From the NCBI GenBank assembly GCA_965202585.1, contig OZ241827.1, positions 61,442,001 to 61,506,000 of the forward strand: 64,000 nucleotides of DNA, given 5' to 3'. A program made the position numbers and the translations under genes. The notes below the pieces were generated by a model, which was given only the letters and a program-made list of their open reading frames with translations, made no database searches and was not told the DNA's origin. The DNA comes from Thalia democratica. Lineage: Eukaryota. Shown one piece after another: positions 12,001 to 27,000 of the stretch (the first letter of the stretch is position 1; each line of letters opens with the position of its first letter).

Positions 12001-15000
12001 TTTTATTTACTTATGTATTCAAATAGTAAGTTTTGACACATTTAAATTAAAAGTTTTTACCGTGTTTATGTATGATAACAAAATAGAAAACACAAAAAAT
12101 AATAATACCATCAATTCATTAAATAAAATTCTTAACACTTTAATCTGCTGTAGGTATTGAAATATAATTTTAATTTTATTGGAACAAAATTTATATTTCA
12201 AGTTTGTGAAGTTCCACCCTATGTTCCAAACTCGTATACAACTACAAATAAAACCGTAAGGCTTGATAATGGAAGCATTGAAGAAAGTGTAGTTGATTAT
12301 AGCTGTAAACCTAATTACTATCTGGTAAACGAAAATGCAAATGTTCGATTTGTTTGTGAACTGGGAGCAACGTGGGAACCTAAAAAACTAATAAGTTGCA
12401 TTAAAGGTTTAACAAATTTAATTACTAACAATACTTTTATTTAGGTACATAACAGGTAAATAAAACTCTCTCCGATTCTTTTTTTTTGTGGCGATTTAAG
12501 ATACATTTCTCTATTTATCTCCAGAAACTAACAATAGAAACAGAACATAAAACTATGAACAGTTTATAACAAAAACAAAAAAAAACTCTTTTTCATTAAG
12601 TTTTTATTATAAAGTTTCTAATTTATACGCAACTAATTTAAAACACATCAGTTTTAAACCAATTTAAGTTTCAACATTTAGAATGCAATGAAATAATAAC
12701 CATTAATAACGCCAAAACTCCCAAAGTTTTTAATCCAAATAAAAGAGGAGATGTTTATTTGAATAGTACTGAACTTGTGTACACATGCAATTCTAATTTC
12801 GTGTCAAATGTGTCGAAATTGACTTGCGGTGAAAACGGTGAATGGACACCATTTATCCAGTGCTACCCAGGTCATAAAGTCTATTATTTGCAATATTTTT
12901 ATGTGTTTAGTTCTTAACTATCATTTGTATGTTCTTTTTTTAATATGCACTGACAACTAACAACTTTTGTGGAGAGCTTTTCTAACTTTTTAATTATTAT
13001 TTAGTGAAGTTAAGTATATAGATGTTTTTATACTCAGTCTATTTATAAACATTCTTTTCATCTACAGATTGTGGATCATCACCAAGTATATTAAACTCAG
13101 TGAAAAGTGTAGACATAGTAGTTGACGTTAATTCAGATACAACAGTTGAGCAAATTGTATCTTATAAATGCAAAGATCAGTACTTTATAGTACCAGAGTA
13201 TGCAAACACTTCTCATATTTGTGTAAATGGATCTTGGGTCAATGAAAAGTTTGACTGTTTAAAAAGTAAGTTGATAAATAAAATCACTTTTTTATCAAAC
13301 TTATGTTGTTATTATGCAGGAAGTAAAACTATTGTAAATTATAATTGTTTTGAATCAGAGTTGATTATAACTTATAATGTTTTACAACAAAGTATGCATT
13401 AAATGATTTTTTTTTTGAACGAAACATTTCATAAATATTTTAGTTTGTGTTAACGTTATTTGATATTTACAGAATGTAAGCAAGTTGAATTGTCTCAAGC
13501 TTTAAAGTTTGAAATTACCCAGAAAGTAAGCTATGAGGATGGAACACTTTTTGAAGGTTCGATAATCAAGTTTAGTTGTGAAGACAACTTTATTCTTAGT
13601 GATTCAGATAAAACACATGCTGAATGTATTTACAATGGAGAATGGAACGTAACTGCACCTTACTGTGAAAGAAGTAGTTTATTCTTTAATAGTATTAAAG
13701 TCATAGAAGATTAAAATGTTACGTGTTAAACTATAAAAAAAGTATAACTATTTGTAAAACATAAAAATGTTTGAAAACTATACAGAGTGCAAAGAAATAC
13801 CAAAGATAACCAACACTCAACTTTACATTATTACTAATCCAATTCAAAAAGGAGATGTTTATTTAACTGGTACTGAAGTTGAGTACAAATGCAGAGAAAA
13901 TTTCGTGCCAAGAGTTTCAAGAACGACTTGCGGTAAAAACGGTGAATGGACACCAACTTTTGAGTGCTATCCAGGTTTTTGAATTTAACTTAAATTCTAA
14001 GAAAAATAAGAATTTTTACATAATCGTAAGTTAAGAGTCCTTGGATTAATTTAAATAATTGTTTTTAACATCAGTAACTTTATATCTTTAATATTTTGTA
14101 TTACTATCTTCAAATATAGTAGTGTTATTTAAACTGGTTTTATTTTCTAAAAAAACAACCTGAAAATTTATACTGAATACAAGAATCGATGATTCAAAAT
14201 GACGATAAACATATCTTTCTAAAAAAAATTATAATTGTTATTGTTAATTTGTATTATAATTCTAACCATAGTGACTCATAACTCATAATTTGTTCTTGTA
14301 AAATTAATAATCAATTTAATAGAGTACATTATTGAACATATCACCCAGCATTCGATATAAAAGTACATTTTATCTTAAAGTTGCTTTGAGTTTTAAAAAT
14401 CTGTAAAAAGCATATTGTAGCTTAGTTTAAACTCAATGAAATAAGACTAAGTTGTGAAAAAGTTGATTCAAATTCAAAGGGAGCCCTTAATAAAATAATA
14501 TTTTCACCTTATTCTTAGAAAAGTTTTATTACTGTTTCTGTTAGTTAAGTTTATTATATATATGTTATATATATTAGTTATAATTATTTATTGGCTTAAT
14601 TACAGTTACCTTACATTTTAAAAAAAAGTTTGTTGTTGTTTCAGTTTTGCTTCTATAAAAGATTTATTTGAATATTTAAGATACCATTTACCTTAGTTAG
14701 TTAACTTAATTATGCATAAAAATATTTTTAAAGTTAAGTAAAATTTTAGGATAACATAAAAAAAATTATTTGTTTTTATAAACACAAACTAATACAGTTA
14801 TTTTGTATATTGCGCTTACATTTAAAGTTTATCTAACTTCGGTTAAAATAAAACTAAAACTATTTTTAGATTGTGGATCATCACCAAATATAGAAAACAC
14901 TGTAAAAAGTGTGGGTGAAGTTGTTAACGTTAATTCAGATACAACAGTTGAGCAAGTTGTATCTTACACTTGCAAAGAACAGTACTTTAAAGTACCAGAG

Positions 15001-18000
15001 TCTGCAGACACTACCCATACTTGTGTAAATGGATCTTGGGTTACCAATGAAAAGTTTGAATGTCTGAATAGTAAGTTAAGCAACAAAATACTATTTGCTA
15101 CTAAGTTACTTTAACAATCTACGTACAAAAGTATAAAAAAATTAACTTTTTAAGTGAAAAAGAAAATAAATCTTTCAAAGTGAATTTAAATTGCTTTAAC
15201 ATCATAACTTAGAATGCAATGAAGTACCAACTATACTAAACACTCAATCTCACACTATCACTAATCCAATAAGAAGTGGAGGCTACGATTTAAGTGGATC
15301 TGAACTTGATTATTCATGCAGAGAAAATTTCGTGCCAAAAGTTTCAAGAATGACTTGCGGTAAAAACGGTGAATGGACCCCAACTTTTGAGTGCTATCCA
15401 GGTTTCTGAACATAACTTAATTTCTAAGTGTGATTTTTTTATTAATGAAAATATAACAAATTTTCACATAATCGTAAGACAAAAGTCCTTGAATTAATAT
15501 AAATAGTTTCTAACAGAAGTAAATTTATAACTTAAATATTTTGTATGACTATCTTCAAATATAGTAGTGTAATTTAAACTATTTTTGTTTTCTAATAAAA
15601 AACCTGACTACTTTTACTGAATATAAGGTTCAAGGATTCAAAATGACAATTTAAAATATTTCTAAAAAAATAATAATGCTGTTACTGTCAATTTGAATAA
15701 AATATTTTAACCATAATGATTCATAATTGGTACTTCTAAAACTAAGATCCATTCAAATAGAACACATTATTGAATAAATCACCAAGCATTCGATATAAAT
15801 TTAAAGACATAATTTGTTCACCCTTTTATAAAATAAGCTCAAATTACTACTTCAGTTAGTTTAGTTTTTCAAATATATTTGGTAAATTATGTATAGTTAT
15901 TTATTAGATCATCAAAAGCAGTTTTTTAAAGCAGTATTTGCCATTTTTAAAACTTCTCACTTCAATATATTGGAAATAGTTACGATGCATTGTGACATAT
16001 TGTCGGTACAGAGCAAATAAACCAACTTAAATGCAGTAACCTATAAAATCTAAATTTCCCCTTTTTAGCGTTTTTAAGATATTGATTATTTTGACATAAA
16101 AAAAAATTAGAGCTAACTTTAAATTTTTTCACATGCCATATGACGGTATCACGCTTCGCATTAGTTGCATACTTTTAATCATCCTTCAAAGCGACTTTAA
16201 TAAAACGGTTGAAAGTCTTAATATAGAAATTTATATATTTTTTTTAAATAACTATACTTTTTGTAAAAAGTTATATTATAAAAATTTTAGTTTATTTTAA
16301 GTCTAACAACCTCTGTAAAATAACTATTAATCTAAATAGAATATTTTCTTCCCTTTTGTTTATAATGCTAGTCTAATCAACACGTAAAAAAACAATTCAT
16401 TTTAAGTTATACACTACCTACTGCGTATTAAAAGTTTACCATATTGCCTATTGAGAAACTTGATTTTTTTTTACTTAACAAAAGTTTTGTTACTATTTTG
16501 TAACTTTATTTACGTTATGCTTAACTTCGTGTTTTATAACTTACAAATTATTTCTAAAAATCCTAGTGTTTTTCCAGATTGTGGCCCATCACCAACAATA
16601 CCAAACGCAGAAAAAACTATTAACTTAGAATATCAAGTTAATTCAGAAACAATTGAGCAAAGAGTTACTTACACTTGCAAAAATTCGTACTTTTTGGTGC
16701 CAGAGTCTGTTAATACAACTTACAACTGTGTAAATGGTGGAGACTGGGAGAAGAATGAGTTTGAATGTTTAAAAAGTCGGTCAAATTGTTTATTTTCATA
16801 TAAAACATTATTTTTTCATTTATGTTGTTATTAATGAAAATAAATAATTTGAACATGTTATAATGTAAAATAAAACTGAAGTTTCATAAATTGTAAGTGT
16901 AAAACCTAATTGTTAACATATTATGTTTGCTTTTACTTGTCAACAAAATTCAAAACTAAAAATATATAATATTTTAATCATTGATACTAAATTCCTGTTT
17001 TTCCAGACCTTTTTCTAAAAAACTTAAATTTTAGGTTTGTGAGTTAATATTTTTTTTTTTTTTTTAAAGATAGACATAATAAACTTAGATATATTTTTAC
17101 GATTTTGGTAAACCAATGTTTATTGTCGAACTTATCAGGCAACTAGTGACCACAGCGTTATAATATTTATTTTATTTAGGTTGTTCTAAACTCGATGACA
17201 TACCAAACGGAAATTTAAATATTCTTCACCAAAAAAGAAACAAAGTATACGTAGATGGTGATATTTTAAGTTATACTTGTAATAATAACTATATATTTCA
17301 TGATGGGACATCAAGTGATTATGTATACAAGTGTTTAGAAAATGGATCTTATAACAACACTAGAGAACCTCTCTGTATCACAAGTTAATACGCGTTATGT
17401 AAAAACTTATTTTTTTTAACTAAAACTTATAAGTATAATATTTGCTTTAGTTTAACTTACAAGATTTCATATTTTTTAAAGTACAAAAAGTTTTACGATT
17501 AAGTAAAAAAACTAATTAAGTTAAATCTCTCGTTTTAAGTCAAACACTCGCAATTAATTTTAAAGACATAAAAACATAGAAACTAAATTTGATAATTTGT
17601 AGCTGTCACAGCATAATTTTGTATAGACGACTTCATAAAAAGAGAATTATTAGTTTATATGTAATTTACAAGATAGATTTGGATTTTATAAAGTTAAGTT
17701 ACCTTAATTTTTGGCTTAAATACAGTCTTACTAGATATAAAAAAAAAGTCAGTTATGTTCTTTTATTTAAAATAATACTTTTAATTACCATCTTGATTTT
17801 TTTTTAGTTTTATTTTTAATTATGAACCAACTGTGTTTTTTTTTTTAATTCTTTCATAAACTTTAACTGACCTAATTTGCTAGATTAATTTAGTTTTGTG
17901 GAGGTTTTACAAATGTGTTCAAATGCAGTCAAAATCAGTAATTTAGTTTATTTTATTTTTTTAAGCTTTGTTTTTAAATTTTTTGAATCAGCTTGTTTAT

Positions 18001-21000
18001 TTCGAAAATAGATGTCCTTATTTTTAATATTATAAGGGAATAACAATTAACATTCCTTTAGGATGTCCATCGCCTCCTGTAGGAGATTACGTCACTTCAG
18101 ATATAACATTCAGCCATAAAAAAGACGAGTTTTGGAGTGAAACTGAAGTTACCTACGAGTGTGCTCCTTCACACAGTTTTTTGTGGGGTGAAAATAAAAC
18201 GCTGACTTGTGACTTTAATGGAAGCTGGGACTTTCAAAATGCCCCTGAGTGTGCTCCACGTGAGTAAAAACAAAACAACAAGCAAAGAATAAACAAAAAC
18301 TATACGATTTTTATAGTTTGGTGCTAAATACTAAATTTTGACAAATTTAAATTAAAAATTAGAAAATACTTTCAAATATTTAATATTCAAAGTGTGTTTA
18401 TAAAAAAAGTTTCAAAAATAAATAACGATTACATCTTTTAAATACCGATTAGTAGTCATTATATAAAATACAAACTGGTTGCTTAAAATATTCTTTGAAC
18501 CATCAAGTCTAGTTTTATTTGCAAGTGATATGACTCATATACACGTATTTTTAGTCTGCGAAGTACCTCCATACACTCAAAACTCGTATACAACTCCATA
18601 TAAAACTGTGAGGCTTGATAATGGAAGCATGGTAGAAAGTATAGTTGATTATAGCTGTAATCCTAATTACTATCTGGTAAACGAAAATGCAAATGTTCGA
18701 TTCCGTTGTGAACTGGGAGCAACGTGGGAACCTGAAGAAATAATAAGTTGCATTAAAGGTTTGTGTGAAACTTGTGTGTAGATTTTTAAAACGATTAGAC
18801 GATTGAAAAAAGGTTTTTTCAGTATTCTCAATGCTGTTCTTTTTTTTTTAATAATTTGTAGTTTATGCGACAATTGTTTCAAACAAACCAAAATTAAACT
18901 ACCTCAAATGTTAATATTCAGAATGCGATGATATACCAACAGTTAAAAACGCTCAAAATCCCGAAATTTTCAATCCTAATAAAAGAGGAGAGGTTTATTT
19001 GAATGGTACTGAAGTTAAGTACACATGCAATGCTGATTTCGTGTCAAATGTGTCCAAATTAACTTGTGATGAAAACGGTCAATGGACGTCAATTTTTCAG
19101 TGCTACCCAGGTTTTAATCTCATTTCTTTTAGTTACAATTTAAGTTTGTGAAAAATGCTATACTGATAGTAATATTTGGTTAATGATTTTATCTAATGTC
19201 TTTGTTTTAGGTTCTGTTTCTGAAAAGAAAGTATAATCTAGATGCTATTTAAATCGGTCAATATTACTAAAGTGTTATATTTTTTGCCATGTTTATATTT
19301 TGTAAATTTTCTTGATAATGCTTTGAAAAACTATATCATAACGTAATTGTTAAACTTGCTTGTTTCCAAACCAGTTTGCCCATACCCACCTCTCGAAGGC
19401 CGGTCCAACTACAAGATAGTGTACAGCACTGACGACAAATTGATGATTCCCGGCACAAAAGCCGTCTACTCATGCGATGCTCACCACACCCTGGAAGGTT
19501 CCGACACGATCACTTGTCAGGACTCAGGCGATTGGGATCGCTCCACACCTCCCGCCTGCACGCCAAGTCAGTTGAAGTTTTATTCTGTTTGTTTAAGAGT
19601 ATGGTTAGAAAAACTATTTGTTTCTAGTTTTATGTTTTGTTTCAATTTACTCTCCAAGTCAGTTTAGTTGAGAGTAAGCTTAAAATAGTAGTCATTACAA
19701 CTATTTACAAAAAAAACATTTTTTGTTTTGAAGTTTTATTTTCTTTTTAGATACTAATTATTAAATATTTGCATTCATAAAATACGTTTAAAGTATAAAT
19801 TGATACCTAATATATACAACTTGAATTTATTTCAAGGAATAAAAAAAGTTATGTAGTTATTAAAACAGGACTCTATTACTACATATATAAACAAAACTTA
19901 ACGAGTTGTAATCAAAGTCAAACTTCTAGTTATCCATTGTGCGCAGGTTTTAAAAAAGCTAATTTGCTTTATATTTGTACGCGCGGCAGTTTTATTTGCA
20001 TTAAAGGTGGAAGCAAAACACGACAAGCCAAAACGCTCGGATGAAATTTAAGAAATTCTGTTAAAAACGGTGAGCTAAGGTTTAAATCAGGCACCAGTTT
20101 GGGATAGTTCTAAAAATATGTTATACAAACAGCACGTATATATCATACAATAGATTAAACTAACAATAGGTTAACCACATTTTAGGTAAAACAAGTACAT
20201 ATGTGGTCTACTGACTTACATATGTTCTGGAAATATTATAAATATACAAGTTAGGAACATATTAGATCAAACACTACAAACAAAGCTTGTTATATAAGAG
20301 CAAAGAGCAGCACGTTTCAACAAGCTTCTTTGAAAGATCTCACACAACATCCCACTGTGACTTCAAACCATAAAAAAACAGCACTTTTTAGAGATTTGCT
20401 TGGCAACGAAGAAAATGCAATAATAAGTTTTACTGAAAATCAGTCAGTTTACATTGTAGGACAAGTCAACCTAACAGAACAAATTTTACTTAATACCAAA
20501 TTAATGTTAAAATTAAAGTTAGTGAATATCACTAAACAACTTACATAAACGGTCACAATTAAATACATTTTTTATAGTTTTGTTATAAGATCAATTGTTA
20601 GTAAGTTACTTTTAAAACTAGTAAGGGTTTTTATTGATCTTTATAGTACACTTTTTAGTTTTTGTTATTCTTACATTTTTCATAGTATTCTACCTTCTCT
20701 GTATAATAAACTAAATAAAACAATTAATTATAAGGACTAGTACACAAAACTAAAAAAGTTAACACATCAAGATTTTAGTGAAAATAAACCTTTATCTGAT
20801 TTAAAGTATTTCAAAAAAAAATCGCTGAATCTATTAGTTTTTATTTTGGCAGAGACTTTCCACGTTTACGCATTATCAGCGGGCTATGGTGCGTCAACGC
20901 AAAGGAACGGAATCATAAAGTGGCAAGGATCCGATAATTTGTTCGGGAGCGAAAGAGGCACTGGCGTTGCAATCATAAACCCTTTGACCGACACTGTCCA

Positions 21001-24000
21001 ATACAAGAGGTTCGACACCATGCTGGATGAAATTATAGTGGGTCATTTTGAATTTATTAGTACATTGATTAAAACTTAAAGTAAGAATAAACTATTATGC
21101 TATAACAATTTCGAAGTTGTTTGTCAGTTTTAGATAAATTGTTTGTTTTTATTTTTTAGAAGAGAATGAAATTATATGAGACTGTTGAAATAATTTAACT
21201 TAAAGTCTAAAATGTAATCTTAATTAGATTTTACTTGGTTTAACAAATTTTATCTATGATACCGTAATATTGAAAACGGTTTATCATCGAAGACTTTTAA
21301 TCAGCTTGAACGCATGGCTGCTTTCATCGAAGACAATTCGAATTACGGTGACGTGATAGTCATGGCAGTTAGAGGAGCGCAAAAACTCCGTCAAAAGTTT
21401 TCACAAAATTCCAACAATATAATGGCGAAAATCGGAGTAGACAGAATTGATAGATGCTCATTGGAAACCCTCGGTTATTACTTGTTGTATCATTTCACTG
21501 TACTTTTAAGAGTCTAATAACTTAGTTTATTTTTGAATCGTCAAATAAACTCGTATTTAAACTTAAAATGCAACTACTTGGCTATTTTTTTTTAGTTATG
21601 TTTTTAAAAGTTTATTTATTAATTTATATTCATACTTTAACTGCTTATAAATATTGCTCATTAACAATAAAAGTTTTGCAAACACTATAGTTTATGTATA
21701 ACTTTCCTATAACATATAGTAGTATAAATTTTTTAATTACATTTTACTTTAGTACTTGTGGAGTTTTAAAAAAACATTTATTTCTAAAGAAAAATTACAA
21801 AAAGATGAACTATTCTTTCAAATATAATATTTTCTACACAATCCTATAACTAAAAGCTTGAAAACAGATAACTCAATTTCATCACTAAACTTAATTTATT
21901 GGTAATAAAAAATATATATCTACAAGGACAGCAAATGTAAGAATTAGATATTTTATATTAATACAGATGTTGAAACGTTTTTCCAAAAAGAGCGTTTTCG
22001 ATAATATTATAATAAATGACTATGTAAAACTTTACATTTCATTGAAAACCACAGTTATTAATACCTGCTTCAACACAAGTATCATTTCAAACAGACACAC
22101 ACCACTCTTGGGTTGTGGTAACCGGCAGATTTCCAGAACACGCCCCCGTTCCCAGCTGGGCAGAATGCAAAACGAACAGTCTTGAAGCTCTTGAGATCAA
22201 CAAAACGTTCTCCTTTGACGGTGAGATTTTTGTTGAACTTCGTACTGTACATTTTCGGCTGGCACAGGCAGTTTTTGTATTTGTAAAACAGAAATATAAA
22301 ATTTTCATTTAAGTTTTATAAAGCCTGGTATGACAGACGTCACGATTAACATATGATGACGTCATAGCGACTACGAGGAAAGTTGAACTACTTTGAACTT
22401 TGTTAAAATTTGTATATCAAAACTATACTGTATTAAAACTGTAATAAAAATTAACATGGAATGTATCAGAGACCCATGTACTTTTGTTGCTCTGCACTTT
22501 TATGACATCATCTCGCGTATATTGTCATCACTGACAGTAAATTATTTCAAGCTCTCAGCTCCACCTAAAACTTTGACCCATTCGAAAATTATTTAATAAA
22601 GTAGACTTTTAAACTACTTGTTTTCAGCTTGCGAAAATCCGCCGCCAGTGCTGTACAACGGAGTGTACAGTGACGTAAACCCGGATGAAGAATACTTTGA
22701 CGGTGAGCTCCTGAACTTCGCCTGCAACACTGATGCTACTCCCCATCCGTTGAACAACCAAGTCGTCTGCACCACGATGGGATGGAAACACGCTGTCGGC
22801 TGTCTCAGAGGTCCTTTTTAATTTCAATACTTTTCTTTGCAACTTATTAAAAACATCATGCTTAAAGCTAAAGAAATGGCTTTATTTAAATGCTACAGCA
22901 ATTATAAAGACAGCTTTTTTACGTTTACTTAAATAACCACAACAGAATGCGCTGACCCACCAAAGGGACAAAACGTAGACGTGACAATCACCAAAAAGCT
23001 GGAAGGGAAGTGGTTGCCGATGCCAGAGGCCACCTACCGCTGCACAAACGGTTTGGTGGCTGTCCCCGGTACCACCTATACATTCACTTGCAATGAGGAC
23101 AGAAGCTGGCCTCACACTGAGGCTCCTACGTGCTTAAGAGGTTGCTGGTTTATCTATTACGTTTTTTTTTTGAGCTATCTTCTTTAGAGTTTTGCTTTTT
23201 GAGTGGTTTTGGCTCGGTGCTCTTGTTAAGATTATTGCATAAATACCACTTTAGTTGACTATTTTAGTTAATTTTCTTTTTAATTTATTGCAGTTTGTTA
23301 TTTATTATTTATAATTATTAATTTTTATAAAGAGTTTTTTTTTTTAATTAGCTAACTTCTTATGGTTTTGTTATAGTAGAAGTTAACTTTTTGTTAAGAA
23401 ACATAATTTTTTTATGTGAAATTTTCTTCTTTTATAAATGAAAACAAGATTGTTTATTTTCCTTAACTTTTTCTTTTTAACGGTGTCACCTTAAATAAAT
23501 AAAAATATCTTTATCAAATTAAAACTAGTCAACAAATAAGTAGTTCATTAAACGATTTTACTAAACTGGTTTTTTTCTGTGACTTTTATTGTCTTCGCCG
23601 TTGTTAAGTTTTATTAGATTTTATTGATTCACTAACTAATGGTTCATGTTTTATTTTTGTTCAAAATAGATTACAAACGTAAAAACTAAATTAAAAAACT
23701 TTGCAATACAAATTAAACAGTTGAAATAACCTCATTTATATAGCGACGTAATTATTAGATGTAATAAATGTATTTCGTTCATTCATTAACAACAGTAAAT
23801 TTGAATTAGTTATTCTTTCCATTTAACGTGAGTGCTTTATTTATGTTATGATTTGTTGTTTTGTTGTGTATTTTAGTTTACTTTACTTGTTTTAGATTTG
23901 ATAATTACAAATATTATATAGTTTTATAACAGTCGGATTTAATATTAAGTTTTTACCTATTATTAACTATTATCTGTAGAAATTATTTTATTTTAATGAA

Positions 24001-27000
24001 AAACATGTATACACCCAGTTTATTCTATGCTTCTATTCTTTCATTACAGTAATTTTTTTTTACAGAACCCAGTTGAAGTGTGTTGATTCATTAACACACA
24101 GAATTATATATTGGTACAATAAAGGAAGATTACTGTACAATTTGTTTTTATTTATATTCCAGTGAAGTTATTTCACTAGGATCTTTTATTAGCAAACGAT
24201 TAAACCTATATTTTGAACAGTTAAAATAAAATACTATATATATTCATATAAGAATGACCCAAAATAACAATATAAATGAAGTTATTAGACGGTAGTATTA
24301 GGAATAGATTACAAAACTTTTCATTTTAGTTTGGCAAATAACTTACAAATAAAAATTGTAAATTGTTAGTTATTTACTAATATTTACAGCAAAAGTATAC
24401 AATCATGTCAGATTTACAGTACAGATGTAAAATGCAGTTAACATAAGTTAACAAAAATAAATAGTTTATAAGCTTGTGCAAAATTGAAAAAAACTTACTT
24501 TTTGTCTTCTCATTGATTTAAAATATTATAGGTAGTTTCTTTTTCTATTAAATTTTAAAATAAGTTTAAATACTTATAGAAACAATGTGTGGTTAAACTA
24601 TAAAACGTTGTCAGTAGTGTCAGTTAAAATCACTTTTGTGAAACTTTAATTCTACAATACTCTAAATAACACATTCAATTTACAGATTGTGGTTTATCAA
24701 GAGCTATTACAAACGCGTTGAAGAGTGTGGATGTAACAGCTCCAGTTGATTCAGGAGAAGAAGTTGAACTTGAAGTTTCTTACACTTGCCAACAACCGTA
24801 CTTTTTAGTTCCATATGATCAGGACACCACTCATAGTTGTGTCAATGGAACCTGGGTTTTTAAAGAATTTGAGTGTTTGAGTGGTAAGTTGGAAAAATAA
24901 ATTATCAAAGTAGTTTTTATTCAAACAATGTGGTAAATGGTCAAGTATTACACTTTTTTAGTATTTTATTTTCAACAGTTTTTGACATTTTGTCACATTG
25001 ATAAATATAAAGATTTCTAATATATTATTATTATTATTATTAGTTTTGTATGTAATGTTGAATTCAGGCATCAGAATCTTGGCAACTTAAACAGGACACA
25101 CAAAAATAAAAATTTAGATAAAGTATTTTTTATTCAACGGTTTTTTTATAAAAAACAAACATAAACAAAAAAATTAAACTAAATTAAATTTATAAAGAAC
25201 TAATTAAAGCTTAAACTTAAATGTTTAGTTTAAAAGGCGACAACTTGGTTCATACAAAAAAGAAAGTACAACCAAATAGACGATTGTTTATATGACATAA
25301 AACATTTCTACAAGTTCAATAAAAGAAAAAAAAAGTCTGTTAGGGGGGAGGCGTAGGGAAATGAAAATAATTAATATTATACATTGAAAAAAAAAGATTC
25401 AGTAGTTAATTTCGATGAGTTAGATATTATAAAGATATCTTCTTTTTATTGGACAATTATTGAACTTTACTGGTATTTTTTAAATTTAGATTAATTCTTT
25501 TAGTTGTATGCAAAAATGTTCCACCCTCTCACACGACACCACTTCCTGTGGTAACTTGTTCCACATAGTCATTGCTACGTGAAAAAATGAACCTTGTCAC
25601 TAACTGTTACAATTACTAATTACACCACCTTGTGGTACTCCGCTGTATATCGTTAAAGGGTCTGACAGCGTATCATTAATTACCACACTTTGTTATCCCC
25701 TAACTAAAATATTTTTGAACCAATTCACTAAGGATTCATGTCGTACGTATTAGCTAAAAAAAAAACTTAATAATCGTTTGTGTGATACTGAATCGAAAGC
25801 TTTTTTTAATATAAGTGTAAACTACTTTAATATATTAGTTTTTGAGATAAGGAAATATCCATGAATGTAAGCATGCTAACAGACGAATATTTGACGAGCG
25901 GTTAGGGACAAAATCGAATTGTATTTTAGATAGTAAATTATAGTTAATAAGGTGCTTATGAATTTTTGTAGATATAATGTGCTAAGAAAATCTAGAAAAG
26001 GCACTAGTTAAAGATATTGGCCTATAGTTTAACGTGTTGTGTTTGTCACTCTTCTTATGGACTAGAATGACAAAATACATTTTTTTTTGGTACTTCAGCT
26101 AATAATATAAGCAATTTAAAACTAATGAAAATGTAAAAACTATTCATGAAATTGCATACTTAATAAAAAATAGGGCGGGATATTTTCTGGGGTTCTAATG
26201 ATTCATTTTTTAGGTGGTTAAATGAATTGTTAGTGTCTTCATAAGTTGTAAAAAAGTTTTCAATTTTACTATAATTTTTTTGAGCTAGTTTAAAACTTTG
26301 GTTGTTATCATCTTTTTTTAGTACTTTTTGGAAACTTCACCTTGAAATTGAGGCTACTTCAAAGTCCGAAATTACTGTTTTATCTTTATCATTGTCACAT
26401 GAAAAGGGGTTTTGCAGTACTTAATTTAATTTTAGATTTTACGTAAAATAAAACGTTTTTAAACTTGGGTTTTTGCGGAATTCTCTTAATGTTCAAAATT
26501 TTATTATTCAACGGCTAATTGATATTCTTTTGACTTATTTTTATAATCTTTAGAATATTATATGTTTGTCTTTTTTTTTTTTTAAGAATAATTTTTTCAT
26601 TTAATATTTTTTTAATGTGAGATGTATATTTTTAATTTTGTTGTTTTTAGAATAAAGTGATATAAAACCTTTAGTTGAGGTTTAAATTATGCTGATGAAT
26701 TGGTCATAAAAATGTTGGAGAATTCTTGACTTGTTAAATAACGAAGTCTAATTATTTTTTGACAAGTAATTATTGATGTTTTCAAAATCTACTTTTTTTT
26801 AAATCATATGAATGATTTTTAGCTTAAAATACTTTTTGACTTTCAATTTTAAATGAAATCAAGTTATGGTCACAAGCAGTGGCGTAGCGTGGTATTTTTG
26901 TCAGGGGGTGCGCAAATTTTTTTTTCAAAAAGTCCCCTAAATTAAAACCTTTGGGCCGCAAATTTTTCAGGGTCAATTTTCTCGGAAATTTAAAAAATTA

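Noticed and set aside
17589-17807. AT-rich intronic ORFs (also 29203, 39735, 43821, 22393, 60445)
   Set aside because: Low-complexity F/I/L/K frames expected by chance.
19567-19667. Hydrophobic read-through tails after exon donors (also after 23140, 46528)
   Set aside because: Each follows a good GT donor, and T-rich introns give such tails by chance; no independent support.
20255-20548. Stop-free frame including the 72-aa ORF at 20330
   Set aside because: No CCP, ILEI or transposon motif and no convincing phase-1 splice pair.
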